Shown here: positions 28,517 through 36,900 of the stretch, piece after piece | Layout of the letters: the number at the start of each line of letters is the position of its first letter | How positions within the stretch are numbered: position 1 is the first letter of the stretch | Assembly (NCBI GenBank): GCA_036268355.1 | Contig: DATAUG010000261.1 | Coordinates: 9,092 to 73,091 of the forward strand | DNA from: Sporichthyaceae bacterium | GTDB taxonomy: Bacteria > Actinomycetota > Actinomycetes > Sporichthyales > Sporichthyaceae | DNA: 64,000 nucleotides | Direction of reading: 5' to 3' | The notes under the pieces: generated by a model | What the model was told of the DNA's origin: nothing | Databases searched by the model: none | Seen by the model: the letters and a program-made list of their open reading frames with translations, nothing else | Position numbers and translations under genes: made by a program

Positions 28517-28840
28517 TCACCGCGACGAGTTGAGCGGGGTGCCGGCGAACAGTTGCACGTTGTGCTCACGCTCGACGCGGATCCCGCGTTGCGCGCGCTC
28601 CCGGTGCAGTTCGGCCAATGAGGCCGATGCCCGTTCGATCGCCTCCTTGGACGACCAGTAGGTGACGGCCGCCATGCGGCCCTCGGCGGTGTTGTTTCCC
28701 CAGTAGCCGAGCTGGAAGCCCGGGGCCTGCTCCAGCCGTCGTACGACGTCCTGGACGCTCTTGCGCATGTAATCGACCGTGGCCGCGTCCGACGGGTCGT
28801 CGGTCGCGAAGACGACTATCCGCATCCAGGTCTCGGACAC
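28517..28840 (-). CDS. ABM (antibiotic-biosynthesis-monooxygenase-like, ferredoxin-fold) domain protein
   Basis: 107 aa with ..PGFQLGYWG....GRMAAVTYWSSKEAIERA.., the pattern of ABM/Dabb domains. GTG start after AGGAG. Confidence 0.55.
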   Translation of the reverse strand: MSETWMRIVVFATDDPSDAATVDYMRKSVQDVVRRLEQAPGFQLGYWGNNTAEGRMAAVTYWSSKEAIERASASLAELHRERAQRGIRVEREHNVQLFAGTPLNSSR

Positions 28841-28872
28841 ACGATCACTCCTGCTCTCGCTCAGTCTCTCGC

Positions 28873-29247
28873 TCAGTGACGACTCCAGCGCCGTCGGCCT
28901 TTTGGTTCCTCCGGCTCGCCGGTCGCGCCCGGGGGGAGCGTGGGTACGGAGAACAGCTGCACGTTCTGGATGCTCTCCACCGAGATCCCGTGGGCGGCGC
29001 GTTGCTCGTGCAGTCGGATCAGCTGCGCGGTGGCTCGCTGGATCGCGTCCTCACTGCTCCAGTACGTCACCGCGGCCATGGTGCCCTCGTCGGGGTCGAC
29101 ACCCCAGTAGCCCAGACGAAAGCCCGGCTGGCCCTCCAGCATCGCCAACGTCTGGGTGGTGCTCTCCTTCATGTAGTCCAGCGCGGCTCGGTCGCCGATG
29201 TCCCGGGCCCGGTAGATGACCACCCGCAGCCAGGTCTCGCCGGACAT
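28873..29247 (-). CDS. ABM-like domain protein, tandem paralogue
   Basis: ATG 29247 after GGAGGAGG. MSGETWLRVVIY...PGFRLGYWGVDPDEGTMAAVTYWSSEDAIQRA aligns along its length with 28517..28840. The rest of ORF 28873..30246 is antisense to the SDR gene. Confidence 0.55.
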   Translation of the reverse strand: MSGETWLRVVIYRARDIGDRAALDYMKESTTQTLAMLEGQPGFRLGYWGVDPDEGTMAAVTYWSSEDAIQRATAQLIRLHEQRAAHGISVESIQNVQLFSVPTLPPGATGEPEEPKGRRRWSRH

Positions 29248-29403
29248 CGCCCCTCCTCCGGTCGGCCAACCCGCTGGTCGACTCAGCTTCCTCCGCGCGG
29301 TTGTGGCGGGCAAGTCACCCCTGGGCCGACCGGAGCCGGCCGCCTGATCGGTCGTCAGAACTCCGCTTAGCATGAGGCGGTCGATGCTGAGGAGGGCTGC
29401 ACC

Positions 29404-30255
29404 ATGAGTCTGAAGGGCCGAACTTTGTTGATCTCCGGCGCGAGCCGGGGGATCGGCCTGGCGATCGCGTTGGCGGCCGCGCGCGACGGCGCCAACGTCG
29501 CGTTCGTCGCCAAGACGGCCGAGCCGCACCCGAAGCTGGAAGGCACGATCTACACCGCCGCGGCCGAGATCGAGCAGGCCGGCGGGCAGGCCCTGCCGAT
29601 CCTGGGCGACGTGCGCGACGAGAACTCGGTGGCCGACGCGGTGGCCAAGACCGTCGACCGGTTCGGTGGGATCGACATCTGCGTCAACAACGCCAGCGCG
29701 ATCAACCTCGCGCCGGTCGAGCACCTCGACGTCAAGCGCTACGACCTCATGCAGTCGATCAACGCTCGCGGAACTTTCCTGCTGTCCAAGGCCTGCATCC
29801 CGCATCTGAAGGCCGGTACCAACCCGCACATCCTCACGCTTTCCCCGCCGATCTCGCTGCGTCCGGATTGGTTGGGGGCGCACGCCGGGTACACCGTGGC
29901 CAAGTTCGGCATGACCTTGCTGGCGCTGGGACTGGCGTCCGAGTTGGCGCAGGCCGGCGTGGCCTCGAATTCGCTGTGGCCACGCACGCTGGTGGCCACC
30001 GCGGCGGTCCGCAACCTGCTCGGCGGCGACCAGGCGATGGCCCGGGCGCGCAAGCCCGAGGTGTACTCCGACGCGGCCTACCGGATCCTGACCTCGCCGA
30101 GCCAGGAGTGCACCGGCAACCAATTCCTCTGCGAGGACGTCCTGCTCGCCCACGGCGTCACCGACCTGTCGGTCTACGACGTCGTACCGGGTGGAAACCT
30201 GCAGGCCGACCTCTACGTCGACGACGTCAACCCGCCTGGCTACCAAGGCAACTGA
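29404..30255 (+). CDS. SDR family oxidoreductase (HSDL2-like)
   Basis: 283 aa with TLLISGASRGIGLAIA, NNASA and a Y..AK active site (YTVAKFG). Confidence 0.88.
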   Translation: MSLKGRTLLISGASRGIGLAIALAAARDGANVAFVAKTAEPHPKLEGTIYTAAAEIEQAGGQALPILGDVRDENSVADAVAKTVDRFGGIDICVNNASAINLAPVEHLDVKRYDLMQSINARGTFLLSKACIPHLKAGTNPHILTLSPPISLRPDWLGAHAGYTVAKFGMTLLALGLASELAQAGVASNSLWPRTLVATAAVRNLLGGDQAMARARKPEVYSDAAYRILTSPSQECTGNQFLCEDVLLAHGVTDLSVYDVVPGGNLQADLYVDDVNPPGYQGN

Positions 30256-30277
30256 CGTACCGTCAGAACATGCGTCG

Positions 30278-31261
30278 TCAGGGGACGAGAATCACGCGGC
30301 CGACGGTTACCCCGTCGGCCAGCCGCTCCAGCCCGGCCGCGACCTCGCCGAGTCCGATCCGCTCGCCCACCAACGGCCGCAGTTTCCCCGCGGCGGTCAG
30401 GGCCGTCAGCTCGTCGTGGCACTTGCCGATCAGCCCGGGGTCCCTCTCGCGGTACAGCCCCCAGTGCAGGCCGATCACCGAATAGTTCTTGATCAGCACG
30501 TGGTTCAACGCCGCCGACGGGATTGTGCCGCTCGCGAAACCGATCACCAGGATGCGTCCCTCGAACGCGACGCACTTGGTCGACTGGGTGTAGGCCGCCC
30601 CGCCCACCGGGTCGTACACGACATCGACGCCACGGCCGTCGGTGGCCGCCTTCACCGCGGCGACCACGTCCTGCGCCTGCCGGTCGATCACCAGGTCCGC
30701 ACCGAGGTCACGGGCCACCGCCGCCTTGGCCGCACCGCCGACCACCGCGATCACCCGCGCGCCGGCGGCCTTGCCGAGCTGCACCGCGGCGCTGCCGACA
30801 CCGCCGGCCGCGGCGTGCACCAGCAACGTCTCGCCCGGGCGCAGGTTGGTCCGCCGGTGCAGCGCGAACCAGCCGGTGTGGTAGGCGATCAGGAAGCCGC
30901 CCGCCGCGGCGTCGTCCAGCGTTTCCGGCGCGGGGTACGCGAAGCGCGCGTCCAGCACGGCGAACTCGGCGAAACCGCCGTGCGGAAGTACCGCCATGCC
31001 GATCACCCGTTGCCCTACCGGGAAACTGTCGACCCCCGGGCCCGCGTCGACCACCTCGCCGCACAGCTCGACCCCGGCGGTGAACGGCAGCGCGGGTTTG
31101 TCCTGGTAGATCCCGCGACACATCAGCACGTCCGGGAAGTTCGCCGCCGCGGCCCGCACCCGGACCAGCAGCTGCCCCGGGCCGGGCACCGGCACGTCGA
31201 CCTCGCCGAGCCGGAGCACGTCGCGTGGCTCACCCACGCCGATGACCTGCCAGGCCTGCAT
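30278..31261 (-). CDS. NADPH:quinone oxidoreductase / zinc-type alcohol dehydrogenase superfamily protein
   Basis: 327 aa MDR fold with LLVHAAAGGVGSAAVQLGKAAGA. Confidence 0.88.
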   Translation of the reverse strand: MQAWQVIGVGEPRDVLRLGEVDVPVPGPGQLLVRVRAAAANFPDVLMCRGIYQDKPALPFTAGVELCGEVVDAGPGVDSFPVGQRVIGMAVLPHGGFAEFAVLDARFAYPAPETLDDAAAGGFLIAYHTGWFALHRRTNLRPGETLLVHAAAGGVGSAAVQLGKAAGARVIAVVGGAAKAAVARDLGADLVIDRQAQDVVAAVKAATDGRGVDVVYDPVGGAAYTQSTKCVAFEGRILVIGFASGTIPSAALNHVLIKNYSVIGLHWGLYRERDPGLIGKCHDELTALTAAGKLRPLVGERIGLGEVAAGLERLADGVTVGRVILVP

Positions 31262-31309
31262 CTGCCGACTCCTTCCGGGGACAAGCAGGGACGCGCCGGA
31301 GGGCGACGA

Positions 31310-31795
31310 TCAGTGGTACGAGCCGTGGGTGAGTGCCCGCGCGGGGTGCGGGATCTCCGGGCGGATGCGCGCCGCCAGCGCGGTCGCCGCCGCCGGGTCG
31401 CCGACTCCCGCCCAGGCCAGTACGGCCTGGATCGCCTCGCGGTCCAGGCCCTCCAGGTGGCGCAGCGCGTACGCGGCGCGGGTCGCCGGGAGAAGCCAGG
31501 CGAGTTCCTGGGTGTCGAGCGACGTGCTGGCGTACCGCAGGGCTCGGGTGGCCGAGGTCGCCCCGGTCGATCGCCGGCGGCCCGCGGTCAGCGCTCGCCG
31601 GACCACGTTCGCCCGAAGTTCTTGGTACTCGGCCGATTCGCCCTGGTCAGGCATGGGGCGCAGGGCCTGTTCGACGGCCATCCGGGCGATCATCGACCGT
31701 CGGTTGCCCAGAACCGGCGACAGGATCGTGTACGCCAGATGCACCAGTCGCGCTCGGTGCTCGGGCGTAGCCGTTTGTGCGGGCTTCCCGGTCAT
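31310..31795 (-). CDS. Hypothetical protein (weak sigma-70 region-4-like C-terminal half)
   Basis: 161-aa ORF in the expected coding frame, 48 nt upstream of the Qor gene. ..RAAYALRHLEGLDREAIQAVLAWAG.. loosely resembles an ECF sigma r4 HTH. No firm family assignment. Confidence 0.4.
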   Translation of the reverse strand: MTGKPAQTATPEHRARLVHLAYTILSPVLGNRRSMIARMAVEQALRPMPDQGESAEYQELRANVVRRALTAGRRRSTGATSATRALRYASTSLDTQELAWLLPATRAAYALRHLEGLDREAIQAVLAWAGVGDPAAATALAARIRPEIPHPARALTHGSYH

Positions 31796-31944
31796 GGCGG
31801 AGTCGCTTCCTCCCGGTGGCGCACGAGGTCGGACCCGCGCTTGGAAAATGTTCCCATCTGTGATTGATGATCTTCATCCGGGGTATGCGCCCGCGTTCCC
31901 CGGGGCACGTCCGTTCGCACCTGCCATCTCGGGCCGAACGTCGG

Positions 31945-34236
31945 ATGGCGGCAACAGTACGAGTCCGTACCTTGGAACGGGCTGTGGGATACGCGCGGCC
32001 CGCTGTGCTTGGGAAACGGGGTACCGGATTGACCCGCTGGGCGGAGTTCGTACTGCGTCGCCGGAAGACGGTCGTGTTCTTCTGGCTGGCGATGGTCGTC
32101 GTGGGGGTGTTCAGCGCGGGGAAGACGTCCAACCGGTTGTCGGTCGACTTCTCGCTGCCGGGCCAACCCGGCTACGAGACGTCCAAGCAGATCATCGACA
32201 CCTACGGCAACGGTGGCGAGATGGCGCCGTCGATCGTCGTGGTGACCGTGCCCGAAACAACCACGGTGCAGGCCCAGGCCACGCGGATCGACGCGGTGTT
32301 CGACCAGATTCGCCAAGCCGTGCCCACCGACCGCATCGTGGACTACGCCTCGACGGCCAACCCGGTGTTCATCACCGCCGACCAGCGCACCACCTATGCG
32401 CTCGCCTACCCGGCGATGTTCAAGTCGTTCACCCAGAAGCTGGACACCATCGCCATGCAACCGGTGATCGCCGCGGCCGAGGACACGACCGGGTTCGACT
32501 GGGGCGTGACCGGCTACCAGCAGTTGGCCCAGGGCAGTTCGAAGTCCAACGGCCCCAGCGTGCTGACCGAGACGCTCTTCGGTGGGCTGGGCGCCTTGGC
32601 GGTGCTGGCGTTCCTGTTCGCCTCGTTCCTGGCCCTGGTCCCGTTGGTGATCGCCGCCGTCTCGATCCTGAGCACGTTCAGCCTCATCCTGCTCGGCACG
32701 TACGTGTTCAACATCAGCTTTGTCGTGCAGTTCCTGGTCGCCCTGGTCGGCCTGGGTGTGGCCGTCGACTACTCGCTGCTGCTGGTCAACCGCTGGCGTG
32801 AGGAGCGGGCCCACGGGCGCGAGAACCACGACGCCATCGTGACCGCGATGCGCTACGCCGGCCACGCCGTGGTCGCCAGCGCGGGCACCGTGGCAATCAG
32901 CCTGTGCGCGCTGCTGGTGATCCCGGTGCCGCTGCTGCGCAGCATGGGAATCGGGGGCATGCTGATCCCGCTGGTCAGCACCGCCGTCGTGATGACCCTG
33001 CTACCCGCGATTCTGGGCGGGATCGGGCCACGCGTGGACTGGCCGCGCATCCGCAACGAGAGCCGCGCCTCGCGCGCCTGGACCGCGTGGACCCGCGGGG
33101 TCGTGCGGTTCCGGTGGCCGGTGGCGGTCGGCACGCTGGGCCTGCTGGTCGCGCTGCTCGTCCCGATCTTCGGCATCAAGATCGGCCAGACCCAGACCGA
33201 CTCGCTGGCGCACAGCGGTCCCGCGTACGCCCAGTTCCAGACGCTGACCGACGGCGGCGTGCCGACCGGCGTGGTCTCGCCGATGGAGATTCTGGTCAAG
33301 GGTCCGGACGTGACCGACTCGGTCAACCGCGTCGTGGCCGCGGTCAAAACCGTGCCCGGCGTGTCCGCGATCCTGGCACCGGACAACGCGGCATGGCGCA
33401 AGGACGGCACGGCGATCGTGGACGTGATTCCGACCGACGAGATCGTCGACTCCACTCAGGCGCACATCGCCGAGTCGGTCAAGTCCGCAATCTCCCGGAT
33501 CCCGGGGGTGGTCGGCGTCACCGGCACCGGGCCCGCGGTGCTGGACTACATCAACGCCGTCTACAAGAACTTCCCGTACACCCTGGCGGTCATCGCGCTG
33601 GTGACGTTCCTGCTGCTGGTGCGGACGTTCCGGTCGATCCTGCTGCCGATCAAGGCCGTACTGCTGAACATCCTGTCGGTCGGTGCCACCTTCGGGGCCA
33701 CCGTGCTGTTCTGGCAGGACGGGCACGGTTCCAAGCAGCTGTTCGGAATCGCACCCACCGGTGCGGTCGAGTTCTGGCTGCCGGTGCTGATCTTCGCGTT
33801 CCTGTTCGGGCTGTCGATGGACTACGAGGTGTTCATCCTGTCCCGGATGCGTGAGGAGTACGACCGGACCGGCAACACCGACCTCGCGGTGGTGGAGGGC
33901 CTGGGGCGCACCGGGAGGTTGGTGACCGGCGCCGCGACGATCCTGTTCCTGTCCTTCCTCGCGCTGGCCTCCTCGCCCGGCACGGACATCAAGGTCTTCG
34001 CCACCGCGTTGGGCATCGGGATCCTGCTGGACGCCACAGTGGTCCGGGCGCTGCTGGTCCCGGCGCTGGTGTCGTTGTTCGTCGAGTGGAACTGGTACCT
34101 GCCGGACTGGGTGGCCAAGGTGCTCCGGATCAAGCCGGTCGTCGCCCCCGACGGGCCGCGGGTACCGGCTCAGGCCACCGGGCCGGGGCAGATCGCGGAG
34201 ATCCCCGCCGCGCAGATGGCCCGCTTCGAGCTGTAG
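31945..34236 (+). CDS. MMPL/RND-type membrane transporter
   Basis: Two 6-TMS bundles with soluble loops, with ..LALVGLGVAVDYSLLLVNRWREE.. and ..FLFGLSMDYEVFILSRMREEY.. (MMPL signature). ATG 31945 chosen; a start a few codons downstream is possible. Confidence 0.88.
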   Translation: MAATVRVRTLERAVGYARPAVLGKRGTGLTRWAEFVLRRRKTVVFFWLAMVVVGVFSAGKTSNRLSVDFSLPGQPGYETSKQIIDTYGNGGEMAPSIVVVTVPETTTVQAQATRIDAVFDQIRQAVPTDRIVDYASTANPVFITADQRTTYALAYPAMFKSFTQKLDTIAMQPVIAAAEDTTGFDWGVTGYQQLAQGSSKSNGPSVLTETLFGGLGALAVLAFLFASFLALVPLVIAAVSILSTFSLILLGTYVFNISFVVQFLVALVGLGVAVDYSLLLVNRWREERAHGRENHDAIVTAMRYAGHAVVASAGTVAISLCALLVIPVPLLRSMGIGGMLIPLVSTAVVMTLLPAILGGIGPRVDWPRIRNESRASRAWTAWTRGVVRFRWPVAVGTLGLLVALLVPIFGIKIGQTQTDSLAHSGPAYAQFQTLTDGGVPTGVVSPMEILVKGPDVTDSVNRVVAAVKTVPGVSAILAPDNAAWRKDGTAIVDVIPTDEIVDSTQAHIAESVKSAISRIPGVVGVTGTGPAVLDYINAVYKNFPYTLAVIALVTFLLLVRTFRSILLPIKAVLLNILSVGATFGATVLFWQDGHGSKQLFGIAPTGAVEFWLPVLIFAFLFGLSMDYEVFILSRMREEYDRTGNTDLAVVEGLGRTGRLVTGAATILFLSFLALASSPGTDIKVFATALGIGILLDATVVRALLVPALVSLFVEWNWYLPDWVAKVLRIKPVVAPDGPRVPAQATGPGQIAEIPAAQMARFEL

Positions 34237-34283
34237 CCGGAAGGCAGCGTCGGTCAAGCGGCGGCGGGCTCGGCGGGGCCGGG

Positions 34284-34679
34284 TCAGGGGGCCGGGCGCT
34301 GGTCTCGCCGCAGCGGATGATCCGGCGGGATCTCGACCAGCACGATCGGGACGCCGTCCGGATCGGCGATCCAGCACTCGATCAGGCCCCATGGCTCGAG
34401 GCGGGGTTCGCGGCGCACCGGGACCCCGCGGGCGGCCAGCCGCTCGCGCTCGGCGGCCACGTCGCGCACCTGCAGCCACAACGCGATGCCGGCCGGGGCG
34501 ACCTGCCCGGTTCCGGCGGAGATCTCGAGCAACCCGTTGCCGAGGAAGAACACGGTCCCCGGGGCGTCCGCCGGGCCGAACTCACGCGCGGTGGCCAGCC
34601 CGATCACCTCTCGGTAGAAGTGCACGGACCGGCGATGATCGGTCGGGTGCAGGAGCACGCGGCTGCTCAGGACGTCCAT
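34284..34679 (-). CDS. VOC/glyoxalase-bleomycin resistance family protein
   Basis: 131 aa from ATG 34679. ..HPTDHRRSVHFYREVIGL.. and ..EPWGLIECWIADPDGVPIVLVE.. are typical of the VOC fold. The upstream 200 aa of the ORF are Pro/Arg artefact. Confidence 0.8.
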   Translation of the reverse strand: MDVLSSRVLLHPTDHRRSVHFYREVIGLATAREFGPADAPGTVFFLGNGLLEISAGTGQVAPAGIALWLQVRDVAAERERLAARGVPVRREPRLEPWGLIECWIADPDGVPIVLVEIPPDHPLRRDQRPAP

Positions 34680-35067
34680 CGGTGAATCGTGTCGCAGCAG
34701 GCGGCCCGGCGGCGTGGCTGCCGGGGCTGAACCCGGCGGATCGGGGACAAATCGGGGCAACTCGGCCCATCCGCGGCGTCGGCGGTTCCGAAGACCCTGC
34801 AGCAGAGGTGTGTACGGGAGGTGATTCGCCCGTGGTTGGGTCCGCCGCACGTCCCGGTGCGGCGAGCCTCGCCGGCCGAGGGCAAGTGCTACCCGACTCC
34901 CGGGGGTAGCCGGCAGGTCGTCGGCCTCCAACTGAATGCTGTTCCTGGCGGCACGTAGGACGGCTCCGAAGCGCTCGGCGTTCGGATCCGGTCTCGCCAG
35001 GGGCCGCTGCGGCGCCCCCGGTATCGTCTTCGGCGGGTCGGGAGCCGCCGCGCGGACAACCAGAAGT

Positions 35068-35101
35068 CCCCGAGACACCCCTTCGGCAAGGCGTCTCGGG
35101 G
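35068..35101 (-). terminator. Stem-loop just downstream of the lipoprotein gene
   Basis: CCCCGAGAC-(16 nt)-GTCTCGGGG, 24 nt beyond the stop at 35125 on the minus strand. Confidence 0.35.
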
Positions 35102-35124
35102 GCTTCGCCGCCCAGGGCGATGAC

Positions 35125-36072
35125 TCAGGGTTGCGCGGTGGCGCTGGGCTTGGTCGACGCGGTGGCCGACGTGGAGGGCATGGTCGAGGGGCCGGCCGAC
35201 GCTGTGGGCGTCGGGGCGGTCGTGGTCTGCGCCGGCCCGGGGACACCGGCCCCCAGCGGGGCGCGGACAACCTTGTCAGCCGTGTCCTCGGTGAACCACA
35301 GGTTGTGGTCCGGCCCGATGGTCAGCCCGGCGATGCTGTTGGCCGCGTCGGGCAGCGCGTACTCCTGAATCACCCCGGTTGGGGTGATCGAGCCGAGCTT
35401 GCCGACGTCCTCGGTGAACCACAGGTTGCCGTCCGGACCCACGGTGATGTCCGACGGATCGCCCTGTGCGGTCGGCACGGTGAACTCCTTGATCGAGCCC
35501 GTGGGCGTGATCCGGCCGATCTTGTTGCCGTCGTTCTCGGTGAACCAGAGGTTGCCGTCCGGGCCGGAGACGATGTCGGCCGGGCTGGACGAGTCAGTGG
35601 GAACGGTGAACTCCTTGATCACCCCGGCGGGGGTGATCTGGCCGATCTTGTTGCCGTCGCCCTCGGTGAACCAGACGTTGCCGTCCGGGCCGGCGGTGAT
35701 CTCGGCCGGGCTGGACGCCGCGGTCGGGATGTTGTACTCCGTCACCGTCCCGCCGGGGGTCACCTTTCCGACCTTGTTGTCGTCCTCGAGGAACCACAGG
35801 TTGCCGTCAGGTCCGGTGGTGATCTCGCCCGGCGAGGCGTTCGCGGTCGGGACGTTGAAGACGGTGAACGTCGGCGAGCCGGACGTCGACCCCGACGCCC
35901 CGCCCGGAGCGGGCGAGGCGGTATCGGTCGGGGTCGTGGACCCCGTGCTCGGGGGCGGCGGGGCCGACTTCGAGGAGGAGCCGGGCAGTGTGCAACCGGC
36001 AAGCAGCAGGGTGGCCAGGCCCAGGCCGAGCAGGCCCGCGGCCTTGCTGTGGTGTCGATGTCTGAGAGTCAC
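35125..36072 (-). CDS. Secreted lipoprotein with Vgb-like (virginiamycin B lyase-type) beta-propeller repeats
   Basis: Signal/lipobox ..GLLGLGLATLLLAGC, then ~5 repeats of ~42 aa (I..GPDGNLWFTE...KIG.ITP.G...EF.VP) and a Thr/Pro/Ser-rich tail. GTG 36072 (or ATG 36138) is the start. Confidence 0.75.
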   Translation of the reverse strand: MTLRHRHHSKAAGLLGLGLATLLLAGCTLPGSSSKSAPPPPSTGSTTPTDTASPAPGGASGSTSGSPTFTVFNVPTANASPGEITTGPDGNLWFLEDDNKVGKVTPGGTVTEYNIPTAASSPAEITAGPDGNVWFTEGDGNKIGQITPAGVIKEFTVPTDSSSPADIVSGPDGNLWFTENDGNKIGRITPTGSIKEFTVPTAQGDPSDITVGPDGNLWFTEDVGKLGSITPTGVIQEYALPDAANSIAGLTIGPDHNLWFTEDTADKVVRAPLGAGVPGPAQTTTAPTPTASAGPSTMPSTSATASTKPSATAQP

Positions 36073-36228
36073 GTGATCAAGGTTATGGGTCGACCAACCC
36101 GCGACACGCGCATTCGCGGGAAGTCCAATCTGAATCATAGGCGGGCGCAGCCAGAACACAGTCACGACGGAAGGCGCAATTCGGTGCGCATTACGCACCG
36201 AGTCGGTCGCCGAACGCGAGCCGAATAT

Positions 36229-36726
36229 CTAAGGCTGCGTCACTTCCTCAGCTGCCAAGCGTTCTCGGGAGGCGACTATCTCCAACTCGGCGGCGTGTCG
36301 ATCCACCCAGGTGGCGCCTTCCACCGACTTGCCGGGTTCGAGGTCCTTGTACACCTCGAAGAAATGCTGTATCTCCAGCCGGTGGAATTCCGCCAGGTGA
36401 TGAATGTCGCGAATGTGCTCCAGGCGGGGATCGTTGGTCGGCACGCAGAGGACCTTGTCGTCGCCGCCCTTCTCGTCGGTCATCCGGAACATCCCGATTG
36501 CGCGGCACAGGATCAGACAGCCCGGGAACGTCGGTTCGTCGACCAGTACCAACGCGTCCAACGGGTCACCGTCCTCGCCCAGGGTGCCCTCGACGAACCC
36601 GTAGTCGGCCGGGTAACGGGTGGCCGTGAACAGCATCCGGTCCAGCCGGATCCGTCCGCTCACGTGATCCATCTCGTACTTGTTGCGATGGCCCTTCGGG
36701 ATCTCGACAGTGACGTCGAACTGCAT
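36229..36726 (-). CDS. ppa: Inorganic pyrophosphatase
   Basis: [30 protein letters not shown]...[20 protein letters not shown]. The N-terminus is identical in style to M. tuberculosis Ppa. The ORF-track GTG at 36747 is an alternative start. Confidence 0.93.
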   Translation of the reverse strand: MQFDVTVEIPKGHRNKYEMDHVSGRIRLDRMLFTATRYPADYGFVEGTLGEDGDPLDALVLVDEPTFPGCLILCRAIGMFRMTDEKGGDDKVLCVPTNDPRLEHIRDIHHLAEFHRLEIQHFFEVYKDLEPGKSVEGATWVDRHAAELEIVASRERLAAEEVTQP

Positions 36727-36900
36727 CGGCTCCACGGACTCGGGCACCTCGTACTCACCGATGAGGACGCGGCGGGTGCCGCGAGACTGGTCCGCCCATT
36801 CTCCACGGCGTCTTCTCCGCGGTGTCGGCGCGCGGACCGGTGTGCCGGTGTCGCGGCGTCAGGGGGAGTCGGCCCGGGTCGGCGCAGTAGGGTCGAGCGC

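Noticed and set aside
31310-31795. ECF sigma factor
   Set aside because: Only a loose region-4-like stretch is present. No recognisable region 2 (-10 binding) motif is visible and the protein is shorter than ECF sigmas. Kept as hypothetical.
35068-35101. Fifth copy of the CACGTG-ended element (shares GAGACACCCC)
   Set aside because: Similarity is limited to about 10 nt. The core CTGGCCTACTGCGGCG and the CACGTG box are absent. Treated as an ordinary terminator-like hairpin.
34936-36900. First ~650 aa of the 1149-aa plus-strand ORF 34936..38385
   Set aside because: Antisense to the repeat lipoprotein gene and to ppa. The translation is repetitive Gly/Arg/Asp with no family resemblance. Only the part from GVG 36901 on (really GTG 36901) matches PBP4.
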